From assembly GCA_034440455.1 (NCBI GenBank), contig JAWXCB010000077.1:33679-97678 (forward strand): DNA of 64,000 nt. Direction: 5' to 3'. The position numbers were made by a program, and so were the translations under genes. How positions within the stretch are numbered: the stretch's first letter is position 1; the number at the start of each line of letters is the position of its first letter. Source of the DNA: Chitinophagales bacterium. GTDB taxonomy: Bacteria > Bacteroidota > Bacteroidia > Chitinophagales > CAIOSU01. Shown in pieces: positions 17,815-26,266 of the stretch. The notes under the pieces are model-generated. The model ran no database searches and was not told where the DNA came from. It worked only from the letters and a program-made list of their open reading frames with translations.

Positions 17815-18660
17815 ATGTATCCCGTTTTCCAAAATCAATCCTTCCAAAAACAATTCGAGCGGAAAGGGTATGTATTGCTCTCCTCGCTGTTAAGCGATGC
17901 GGAAGTGAAAGAACTTTATGATTTGTTTGAGCGGTTTCCAAGCCAGTATTCCGCACCTTTTCACACCACGCATTTCAGCGCGGATATTTCTTATAAAAAA
18001 CAAGTTCACGATACGATTGCTTCCGTTGTGTTTCCGAAATTGAAACCTTATCTTAATCGCTTCGTTCCATTGTTTGGAAACTTCATGATAAAAAACGCAG
18101 GCGCGCAAACAAGCATGGATCTTCATGCAGATTGGACTTATGTGGATGAGCAGCGTCATAGTTCTGCCGCAGTATGGATTCCATTAATTGATGTAAATGA
18201 AGAGAACGGATGCTTGGGAGTAATTGAAGGTTCGCATAAAGTCACCAACAGCATTCGCGGTCCGATGATACGGCAAAGCAGTCGGCAAAAAGAGGAAGAC
18301 TGGGCAAAGGGGTATGGTAAATTAATTCCCATGAGCGCGGGAGGCGCTATCGTTTATGACCACCGTCTGCTGCATTATTCCCCATCAAATAAAACAACGA
18401 AAGTCAGACCCGCTCTGAATCTTTCGATGGCGCCCGAGTCTGCCACCTGGCTTCATTATTGTTTTCCTGAAGGAGCTGAAGCAATAGAATTATATTCTGT
18501 GCCTGACAGCGATTTTTTTATGCGCTATAATAATTTTCAAAGACCCGAAACAGGCTCGCTCATTAAAACCTTACCAACAGATTCCGTAGAGTATATAGAT
18601 GCGCGGATGAAAAATTTTTGGAAAACGAGTATGCTAAATAAAATAAGGCAATTGTTTTAA
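17815..18660 (+). CDS. PhyH-family Fe(II)/2OG dioxygenase paralog (HAD variant)
   Basis: FERKGYVLLSSL; DLHADWTYVDE; AVWIPLIDVNEENGCLGVIEGSHK; LHYSPSN; C-terminal NFWKTSMLNKIRQLF. Confidence 0.8.
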   Translation: MYPVFQNQSFQKQFERKGYVLLSSLLSDAEVKELYDLFERFPSQYSAPFHTTHFSADISYKKQVHDTIASVVFPKLKPYLNRFVPLFGNFMIKNAGAQTSMDLHADWTYVDEQRHSSAAVWIPLIDVNEENGCLGVIEGSHKVTNSIRGPMIRQSSRQKEEDWAKGYGKLIPMSAGGAIVYDHRLLHYSPSNKTTKVRPALNLSMAPESATWLHYCFPEGAEAIELYSVPDSDFFMRYNNFQRPETGSLIKTLPTDSVEYIDARMKNFWKTSMLNKIRQLF

Positions 18661-18667
18661 ATCCAGT

Positions 18668-19966
18668 TTACTGCGCTTTTTGTATCTCCCAATCCAATGG
18701 AGGTCGCACCGAACCTTTACTGATGTCTCCGATAATATCTACATATCCCGGTTCCGGGTGGATAGTAAAATGCAATTTGTCGGATAGCCGGAAAGCCTCT
18801 GTGGAAGCAGGACTCCACTCATTTTCCTCCACGCCAAAACGCACAAACAGATAATATCTTCCGGGAGCTAAAAAGTGGGGCGGGATGGTGCATTTAATTT
18901 CAATCATGCCGGTTTCGTCTTTCAGTTGCCGGTCAAAATCTTGTTGTGTAGAATTATTTAACAAATGACCTACCATCACCGATTGATAAAATACATCTTG
19001 TAAAAAAAAGAAAACACCAATCAGGATGCCTGATTTTTTTTTGTGAATTAAAAATTTTATCAGAATTGGATCTGCATGGAAAATCTTATCTGTTTCAGCA
19101 AGAGAATTTACTGATAAACGATGAATAGTCAAGTTATCGTTTCCTGGAGCAGTTTGGTTATTCCATTCCAACTGAACGGTGTTCTTAATTTCCTCCTGAG
19201 GAGAAGGATGGTTATTTTCTTTATCATTTTCCTCTTTCTGCAATTCATATTTTTCACGATGCATTTCAAAATAATCGCCTAAGATGTCAGAAGGGAGTCC
19301 TATTTCTTTTATGCGACCCTTCTCTAACCAAATACATTTATTGCTCAATTCCAAAATCTCCATCCTGTCATGTGAAACAAATAAGATTGTTTTACCGCTG
19401 CCGGCAAACATTTTAAGTAACTCCTGACATTTTAAACGAAATCCTTCGTCACCTACTGAAAGCACTTCATCTAAAATCAGAATATCAGATGACAGATGGA
19501 AAGCCATGGAAAAAGCTAAACGCAAAAACATTCCGCTTGAGTAGAATTTAACAGGCTGGTCAAAGAAGTCGCCAATTTCACTAAATCGCTTTATTTTATC
19601 GTAATAGACTTCGAATTCATTCCGCTTTATTTTTTCAATTCTTAACTGGATAGTGATATTTTCTCTGCCTGTTAAATCGGGATGAAAATTATTTCCGATT
19701 TCAAGGATGGAAGTAACGGAACCATAGAAGCGGGCTTCTCCTGAAGTAGGTTTGACAATTTGACTTAGAATTTTCAGCAGTGTGGTTTTTCCGGAGCCAT
19801 TGCTTCCAATAATTCCGACAACATCTCCCTTGTGCAGCGTAAAAGAAATATCCTTTAAAGCTAAAAATGAATTTTCAGCAGCAGTTGAATCCTCGCTGCC
19901 ATTAACTATTTTATACTTCTTTGAAATTTGCTTAACCTCAATAGCAACGTCTTTCTTTTCATTCAT
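18668..19966 (-). CDS. wzt: ABC exporter ATP-binding protein, Wzt/TagH-like, with ~180-aa C-terminal extension
   Basis: Walker A GIIGSNGSGKTTLLK, signature-like YSSGMFLRLAFS, and Walker B ILILDEVLSVGD. The C-terminal beta-rich region (LEWNNQTAPGNDNLTIHRLSV...HFTIHP) sits where the Wzt carbohydrate-binding domain is found. Confidence 0.85.
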   Translation of the reverse strand: MNEKKDVAIEVKQISKKYKIVNGSEDSTAAENSFLALKDISFTLHKGDVVGIIGSNGSGKTTLLKILSQIVKPTSGEARFYGSVTSILEIGNNFHPDLTGRENITIQLRIEKIKRNEFEVYYDKIKRFSEIGDFFDQPVKFYSSGMFLRLAFSMAFHLSSDILILDEVLSVGDEGFRLKCQELLKMFAGSGKTILFVSHDRMEILELSNKCIWLEKGRIKEIGLPSDILGDYFEMHREKYELQKEENDKENNHPSPQEEIKNTVQLEWNNQTAPGNDNLTIHRLSVNSLAETDKIFHADPILIKFLIHKKKSGILIGVFFFLQDVFYQSVMVGHLLNNSTQQDFDRQLKDETGMIEIKCTIPPHFLAPGRYYLFVRFGVEENEWSPASTEAFRLSDKLHFTIHPEPGYVDIIGDISKGSVRPPLDWEIQKAQ

Positions 19967-21699
19967 GCTTCAATTATAGAAGAATTTAAAATTATTTTCA
20001 GTTCTTCCTTTGGCAATTTAGTTAAGTAGTTCTTGAATGTTCCTTTATATTCTCCTGTAAGATGCTTGCTGTTTCCATCCCAATCATCAGCCATGTAATA
20101 ATTATGAGATTCTTCCGATACGTCAATGGAGCCTTCTTCCATTTTTTCGCTGAAGAAACTATAGTATTGAGACGCAAAATGAGTCAAGCGGAAAGTAAAG
20201 CAAAGTCTGTCTATGCTTGTATTGTTCGCTGTTGAATTATGGAGCAGATTGTTGTCAAACACAACTGCTTGTCCCGCCTTTAGCGTCATTGGAACCTCAT
20301 ACTGTCTTAGCCATTCTGTATGGTGATTATGATATCCTCCAAAAGAAGACCCGAAAACAGCTCTATTTACCTTGTGACTTAATGGGATAATTGTAAGCGC
20401 GCCATTGTTGCTATCCACAGCTATCAATGGCACCCAAATTGCATAATGCGGTTCCAGTTGATGATTAAGCAAAAGTGTGCTGTCTGCATGAAGATCAATA
20501 TCGCCAGAGGTAAAAGCTTTTTTAGTATAAAACTGAGAAACAGGTATAATAAATTCTTTAAAATATTTTCTTAAAGGCGCGTCAACATTTGCAACTATAA
20601 AATTATGCATCTGCTTTTTCAAAACTGCATCGGTGTCCTGAAGCGTTGTGAATCTGCCGGGTGTTCTGTCCAGATTTCCAAAGTGGAGATTATACTCTTT
20701 TTTGAAAAGATCTATTGTTGCCAAATCTAACAAGTCAATTACTGCATAGCCCTCTTGATTTAACTTCTGCTCTAAATCACTGCCAACCGTTACATGCAAC
20801 TGTTTTAATTGTGCGGCATTCACTTTTCCAACTTTATTCCGGTAGTGGACTATTAAATCCGCTGAACCGACTTCTTCGTTCTTTGTTGGACAAATTGCTT
20901 TTGTGTCGAAGAGAGTTAAACTTTCATCAATGATTCCTTTTTCAAGCGCTTGCAAGTGGGTGATTAATTTCTCTCCGGTAATCGCATAAAGTTCAGTGCG
21001 TTCCTGTTCAGCGTTTTTGTGGAAATAATAAGTAGGCGCGCTGTTTTCTACATAATTTGCAATCACTGCAATCCGGTCGCTATCAGTTGTGTTTGGATGA
21101 GAAGCGTGAAATAATCCGTTGTGATAAATCAGCGCATTTCCCGGAGGCACAATGATGTCCGTAATCAACTGCTTCAATTTTTCCTCGCTGCGAATCACCG
21201 GAATACCATAGCTTCCTGAGCGGTAGTTGCCCAAAAACCGGTGACTGCCGGGCATAACGAATATGCCGCCATTTGTAGGGCAAGCAAGTTGTAAAGGAAT
21301 CCAAACCTGATAACTTCTGTGCTTTGATTCATCCACAATATTCCAATCCTGATGCAGCGAGAATTCTTTATTTACATGCGCTCCTTTTACCACAAAATGA
21401 CCGATGAAGAAGGTGAACCCGGGTAGGATGCGCTGAATGCTTTCGTTTACAATGTTTTTTATTTCACTGTTTATTTTCAGACTTTGCTCTATCGGGTTTG
21501 AATTGTGAGAGGAATAGAGTTGTTCAATTATTTTCGAGCCGAAATTTTCCTGATAAAGAGAACGCAATTTTTCTATTTGCTCGTCATCAAAAACCTTTAA
21601 CGTGCAAAACCCTAAGCTATCAAGCGCTTCTAAACAGGGATGATAAATAGTTTCTGAATGATTTGTATCCATGTTCAACAGGTGATTTATTGTTGTCAT
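19963..21699 (-). CDS. tandem di-domain PhyH-family dioxygenase
   Basis: Domain 1: SLHQDWNIVDE, QVWIPLQLACPTNGGIFVMPGSHR, FHASHPN. Domain 2: IDLHADSTLL, AIWVPLIAVDSNNGALTIIPLSHK, LHNSTAN. The annotated start overlaps the upstream gene by 80 nt. The internal ATG at 21672 still overlaps by 53 nt. The stop overlaps the wzt start by 4 nt. Confidence 0.8.
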   Translation of the reverse strand: MTTINHLLNMDTNHSETIYHPCLEALDSLGFCTLKVFDDEQIEKLRSLYQENFGSKIIEQLYSSHNSNPIEQSLKINSEIKNIVNESIQRILPGFTFFIGHFVVKGAHVNKEFSLHQDWNIVDESKHRSYQVWIPLQLACPTNGGIFVMPGSHRFLGNYRSGSYGIPVIRSEEKLKQLITDIIVPPGNALIYHNGLFHASHPNTTDSDRIAVIANYVENSAPTYYFHKNAEQERTELYAITGEKLITHLQALEKGIIDESLTLFDTKAICPTKNEEVGSADLIVHYRNKVGKVNAAQLKQLHVTVGSDLEQKLNQEGYAVIDLLDLATIDLFKKEYNLHFGNLDRTPGRFTTLQDTDAVLKKQMHNFIVANVDAPLRKYFKEFIIPVSQFYTKKAFTSGDIDLHADSTLLLNHQLEPHYAIWVPLIAVDSNNGALTIIPLSHKVNRAVFGSSFGGYHNHHTEWLRQYEVPMTLKAGQAVVFDNNLLHNSTANNTSIDRLCFTFRLTHFASQYYSFFSEKMEEGSIDVSEESHNYYMADDWDGNSKHLTGEYKGTFKNYLTKLPKEELKIILNSSIIEA

Positions 21700-22537
21700 T
21701 AAGTTGATTTGCCCACTCTAAGAAATCAGCAGCCTCAACGGGCGAGAAATCATATTCAAATGTTTCTATGAGCGCGGCATTTGCAGGACGCTCTCCGCCT
21801 TTTAAATTGACGAAATCCGTTAAGGTCATTGCGTATTTTTCTACCTTATTTTTCGGATTGCCTTCCGGCAAAAAATAATGAAGTATCTCCGCATCTTCCG
21901 GCACCATCGCTAAAATAGCGGCTACTCTAACTTGCTCTGATAAGTTGGGATAGGAGGCGTGTATGCACGCATGATTAAGCACAACGCATTCCCCGATTTC
22001 GGTAGTAACATCTGTAAAATAGGTTGGAATCAGTGAGGCAACGCTTTCATATTTCCATGGATAAGAAGGCAGCGGACGTATCGTGTCGCGCAGGCGATGG
22101 CTGCCTTTCAGAAACCGCAGGCATCCGTTGGCTTTGCTTGTGGGCGTAGTCGCAACCCAAATATTGAAGGAGTAGTATTTGCGCTCATCTACAAAGCGCA
22201 AGTCCTGATGTGGTCCCAGCGCGGAAGCCTCACAGGATTGTTTGAGCAGGTAATTAGCCGCTATCGTTTTGTAGCGATGGAAATGTTTGTCAATTTCTTC
22301 AAACATCACTTGCTTAATAAACGCATCAGCGCTGGCTATCAGCGCGGCATTATCCGTGTCGTTGGTGGCATGAAATTTTTTTTTGTCAATCACCGTTTCA
22401 TGCGCGCCCTGAGTATTGAAATAAAAATCATGCAGCCGCTTTACCTGTTCTTCTGAGAACAAGCGAAATTTCACAAAACCATTCTCATCAAATTCGTTTT
22501 GCAGTTTTTCATCGCGGAATACGCTAGGCTTTTTCAT
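21620..22537 (-). CDS. PhyH-family Fe(II)/2OG dioxygenase paralog
   Basis: FDENGFVKFRLF; GPHQDLRFVDE; NIWVATTPTSKANGCLRFLKGSHR; IHASYPN; C-terminal SFRNYLSSLFRSA. Confidence 0.8.
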   Translation of the reverse strand: MKKPSVFRDEKLQNEFDENGFVKFRLFSEEQVKRLHDFYFNTQGAHETVIDKKKFHATNDTDNAALIASADAFIKQVMFEEIDKHFHRYKTIAANYLLKQSCEASALGPHQDLRFVDERKYYSFNIWVATTPTSKANGCLRFLKGSHRLRDTIRPLPSYPWKYESVASLIPTYFTDVTTEIGECVVLNHACIHASYPNLSEQVRVAAILAMVPEDAEILHYFLPEGNPKNKVEKYAMTLTDFVNLKGGERPANAALIETFEYDFSPVEAADFLEWANQLNDNNKSPVEHGYKSFRNYLSSLFRSA

Positions 22538-23427
22538 GTGACGCTTCGCTCAGAGTGCTTGAATAGATTTAAAACGGAGTTGATGATTGATGAGCGACTC
22601 CCCATGTTTTTCTTTAAGAGCGCATTGAATTCATCGGGCTTTAATTGCTTAAAGTCATGGTTTATTTCATTCTGAAAAATGCCTTTCAAAGGCGGGCATC
22701 CTTTTTTAAAATGCAGAAACGCTTCTTTTGTCATTCCGAATTTTTGTACAACATTCTTGCGGATATCCGGAAGATAAAAGTGGAGCAGCTCCGCCTCATT
22801 CTGATATGCCGCAATTACTGCGGCTACTCTGGGCGTATTTGTTTCATTTGAAAATGAACCGTGAACCACCGCATGATTAAAAATAATTGCTTCCCCGGCT
22901 TTCATCGGATAAGATTCCGAGTGTTGCTTGATTTCATCAATTACATTTTCATAACACCACTTATAGTCGTGCGTGGGTCTTAACGTATCTGTAAACGCAT
23001 GACTTCCTTTTAGCAGATACATGCAGCCATTCTCTTTATTTGTGTCCTGTAGGGCTACCCAAATATTTACAGACACATACTTTGTTTCATCTACAAAAGT
23101 GATATCCTGATGCGGTGAAGTTTCAGATTCCGGAACGGGCATTTTTACCAAATAGTTGCCGAAAAGCAAATTGTAATTCACTAAGTACTTATCAATTGCA
23201 GGCGATATCACTTTCTGTAGCATATTGTCCACTTGCATTATCAGGGCAGCATCATTTGAGTGACTGGTTGTAATATATGGGATATTAATTTTTTCATGCG
23301 AATCAGAAACGGTTTTGTAAGCAGTCATCAATTCATTTACTTCTGCCAGAGTCAGTAAGGTGACTTTTACAAAGCCATTTTTTTCAAATCCGCTTTGAAG
23401 CTCTGCCGATTTAAATAATGGTTTCAT
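22534..23427 (-). CDS. PhyH-family Fe(II)/2OG dioxygenase paralog
   Basis: FEKNGFVKVTLL; SPHQDITFVDE; NIWVALQDTNKENGCMYLLKGSH; VHGSFSN. Overlaps both neighbours by 4 nt. Confidence 0.8.
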   Translation of the reverse strand: MKPLFKSAELQSGFEKNGFVKVTLLTLAEVNELMTAYKTVSDSHEKINIPYITTSHSNDAALIMQVDNMLQKVISPAIDKYLVNYNLLFGNYLVKMPVPESETSPHQDITFVDETKYVSVNIWVALQDTNKENGCMYLLKGSHAFTDTLRPTHDYKWCYENVIDEIKQHSESYPMKAGEAIIFNHAVVHGSFSNETNTPRVAAVIAAYQNEAELLHFYLPDIRKNVVQKFGMTKEAFLHFKKGCPPLKGIFQNEINHDFKQLKPDEFNALLKKNMGSRSSIINSVLNLFKHSERSVT

Positions 23428-24317
23428 ACAGATGCTTCAGTTCTGAACACGTTTTTGATCTTTTGAAAGTAATTGGCAAGCCGTCCCCTGTCTGCGCCAA
23501 CTTTTTTGATGAAATCTTCCTTAGTGATTTCAGGAAAAGTAAACGAAATATATTGCTTAAATGATTTGCTGTCGGGTTTGCCGTCTTTCGGCATGGAAAT
23601 AAAAATATCCAGATCTAAGTGATATTGTTCTATTTTGTCTTTTACGGCATTTCTCTCCTTATAGTACAACAGCCATTCTGCATTTTTAGAACAAATAAGC
23701 AGGGTGGCAGCTAATCTTAATTGACCGGATAAATTTTCAGTAGCACCGTGTATCGTGGCATTATTAAAAATTACCGCCTCGCCTTTTTTTAAGGGTACAT
23801 GCACTGCCATTTCTGCAAGGGAATCATTGAAACTTGCGTAATAGTTTGGAGTTTCTGGTACAATTCTCAGCGATTTAACTGCATGGTTTGACCCTCTGAT
23901 AAAATAGAGATTCCCATTTTTTTTATCGGTATCCTGAAGCGCTACCCAAACATTTGCGCTACAGTATTTTGTTTCATCAACAAAAGTAGGATCCTGATGT
24001 GCGCCTGTGGCAGAACCAGCGCTCGGTTCTTTTATATGAAAGCACCCGACTAAGGATTCAAAGTCATTCAGAATTTTTTCCAGTTCGGGGACATAAACTG
24101 ACTTAATAGTTGAATCAACCTGATAAATCAAATCAGCATTTGCGGTTTCAGTTGTGGTGTGATGAAGAGACGCTACAGTTGCATGTTGTTGCAGTGTATT
24201 CTGAAATAGCTCCACTAATTTGTCAACCTGACTATCCTTGAGCAGGGGAATTTTTACAAATCCATTTCTCTCAAATAAGGATTGCAAGTGTTTGTTTTTA
24301 AAAAGAGGCTGAACCAT
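23424..24317 (-). CDS. PhyH-family Fe(II)/2OG dioxygenase paralog
   Basis: FERNGFVKIPLL; GAHQDPTFVDE; NVWVALQDTDKKNGNLYFIRGSNH; IHGATEN. First gene of the minus-strand run that ends in wzt. Confidence 0.8.
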   Translation of the reverse strand: MVQPLFKNKHLQSLFERNGFVKIPLLKDSQVDKLVELFQNTLQQHATVASLHHTTTETANADLIYQVDSTIKSVYVPELEKILNDFESLVGCFHIKEPSAGSATGAHQDPTFVDETKYCSANVWVALQDTDKKNGNLYFIRGSNHAVKSLRIVPETPNYYASFNDSLAEMAVHVPLKKGEAVIFNNATIHGATENLSGQLRLAATLLICSKNAEWLLYYKERNAVKDKIEQYHLDLDIFISMPKDGKPDSKSFKQYISFTFPEITKEDFIKKVGADRGRLANYFQKIKNVFRTEASV

Positions 24318-24441
24318 TTTTGCTTACTCTTTTGAGTACCTAAACACTTATTGCGCCAAGGCTTGGGAAGATTAAAATTAGTTAAGTTTGGCTTAGAAAC
24401 TGTTGACTTAGGTCACTAATTATCGCCAAACAAAAGTTCAA

Positions 24442-25314
24442 ATGATTGAAACGCCACGCATATTTGGTTCGGATGTTTTCTTCAAGTTTATTGAAGTTCC
24501 CTTCGCAAATATTGAACAAGCCGGTTCATTGGTACATCAGATAAAAAGCAAAGAGATTGCAGGTTTTATAATGAAAAGTGTTTTCAAGCCTGATCAGATT
24601 AGCCAAATCAAAGACTTTCTGGGAAAATTATCGGAGAGCGAATTTATGCCTACCCCTTCAGGGAAAATTTTTCCAGCGCCATTTGCCATCATTACTGACA
24701 CGGAGCAAATGCTGGATACTTATTATTCCAAACTTTCAATCCTTGATGATTACAAAAGGAGCAATCCTGCACTTAAAACTTTAACAGATACGCTGGATTT
24801 ATTTTTCAAAAGCGTTGCAAACAACTATCAGGTCAGCATTCCCATTAACAAAATAAAAAATACAGAAGTCGCACCGGGAACATTCAGGCTATTCTATCCT
24901 AATAGAGGAGGGTTGCATGTTCATTGCGGTAATTTGTTTCAAGCACAATCTATGTTTTATTACTCACTAATAAAAAATGACATAGATATGGATGACCAAC
25001 TAAGTTATTTTGTAGTGTTGCAGCAATCCGAGACAGGAGGAGAATTAACATTATATGATATGTTGTGGGAGAGAGCAAAGCGTAAAGAAAGTCCTGAAAA
25101 CAACGAGTTTATTATAGATGACTCGGGGAGTCCTATTTATATAAAGGATATGAAGAGTTTTGCGGTAAAACCTGTACCTGGTGATATTCTTGTATTTTCA
25201 GGTGGTCCAATATGGCATCGGGTAGAAGATATAACAGGAACGATTCCAAGAATTACATTTGGAGGTTTCCTAAATTTCTCTAAGGATAACAAAGAGCTTT
25301 TCTACTGGTCATAA
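24442..25314 (+). CDS. double-stranded beta-helix protein, P4H-like 2OG-Fe(II) oxygenase fold with HxH in place of HxD
   Basis: GGLHVHCGN, SETGGELTLYD, and PGDILVFSGGPIWHRVEDI...RITFGGFL resemble the prolyl-4-hydroxylase-type DSBH layout. The first metal motif reads H-V-H. Confidence 0.4.
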   Translation: MIETPRIFGSDVFFKFIEVPFANIEQAGSLVHQIKSKEIAGFIMKSVFKPDQISQIKDFLGKLSESEFMPTPSGKIFPAPFAIITDTEQMLDTYYSKLSILDDYKRSNPALKTLTDTLDLFFKSVANNYQVSIPINKIKNTEVAPGTFRLFYPNRGGLHVHCGNLFQAQSMFYYSLIKNDIDMDDQLSYFVVLQQSETGGELTLYDMLWERAKRKESPENNEFIIDDSGSPIYIKDMKSFAVKPVPGDILVFSGGPIWHRVEDITGTIPRITFGGFLNFSKDNKELFYWS

Positions 25315-26124
25315 TTTCTTTATAATTGACCTATTTACCAATTCTGCTTCTGTAATGATATGGTGCGTATAGTTTATTCTTCTTTCTTCGGGTAAATCAG
25401 GATTACCACGAATGGCTACGGTTTTCAAAGTTCTTAATAAAGTAGCATCATCTAAGCAGAATACTTTTACTTCATCGGTTGCCTCTCCTTGTTGGAAATA
25501 AAGAAAAGGAGCAGATTTAGGCAGTAGGGTAGCTGTAACAATCACGCGATGTTTGGAGGAAAGATTGGGAGAAGAACCATGAAAAATTGCCGGATGAAAT
25601 ACGAGTACCTGACCTTTCTTTAAAGTAACTGAGATAATTTGCTCAGATGAAAAAATTTTGCTGCTTATTCTCGCAGTTGGAAGCGAAGCCGACCGCAGAT
25701 TATCAAACCATAAATGACTTCCCGGTAAAAAAAACATTGCGCCATTTTCTTCTGTGATGTCTGTTAAAGGAATCCAGATATTATACGCGCTGTGCTTTTT
25801 CTCATCGGTATAGCACCAGTCTTGGTGTAGCAATAGTTCATCTGGAGTATTAGCGGGTTTTACAAGAAACGATTCTGTCACTGTTCTGTAGTCTGTGAAG
25901 TTTGCTTCATAGAAGGAATGCAGAATTTTTTTGAAATGCTGACAGATGCTTTTGTTTTGTTCAAAATCGTTTTCAAGCAGGCTGTAATAAAAATGGGGAT
26001 GTGAAATTTTGAAATGAGCGCGAATGAAGGAATGCAGTTGTTCTGTCTCCTCAATCAGATTTGCATCTATCACGGCAAAGCCGGCTTTAGAAATTTCCTG
26101 AAATAGTTCCGCGCTTTTAAACAT
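25309..26124 (-). CDS. PhyH-family Fe(II)/2OG dioxygenase paralog
   Basis: LLHQDWCYTDE; NIWIPLTDITEENGAMFFLPGSH; FHGSSPN. Its 3' end overlaps the convergent gene by 6 nt. Confidence 0.8.
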   Translation of the reverse strand: MFKSAELFQEISKAGFAVIDANLIEETEQLHSFIRAHFKISHPHFYYSLLENDFEQNKSICQHFKKILHSFYEANFTDYRTVTESFLVKPANTPDELLLHQDWCYTDEKKHSAYNIWIPLTDITEENGAMFFLPGSHLWFDNLRSASLPTARISSKIFSSEQIISVTLKKGQVLVFHPAIFHGSSPNLSSKHRVIVTATLLPKSAPFLYFQQGEATDEVKVFCLDDATLLRTLKTVAIRGNPDLPEERRINYTHHIITEAELVNRSIIKKL

Positions 26125-26266
26125 AAACTACGCATGCAAAGTAAACCATTTCAGTTATTTTGTTCTTTGAAGCATTCAATGCCCTGTGTAAAAAGAATTT
26201 AGAATGAGTTGAGACTCAAAAGTTGATGCTAAATAAACAGAACGAACGCTTAGTTTTAAGGTTTGC

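Noticed and set aside
21620-21699. The 80-nt overlap between two PhyH genes as evidence of a programmed frameshift fusion
   Set aside because: Both frames have their own stop and plausible start, and no slippery heptamer was noticed. An alternative start choice is the simpler explanation. It is kept only as a note in the findings.
11244-26124. PhyH paralogs as 2OG-dependent halogenases
   Set aside because: Halogenases replace the facial-triad carboxylate with Ala or Gly. Fourteen of fifteen domains here keep HxD, and the exception has Asn. Hydroxylase-type chemistry is therefore the default expectation.
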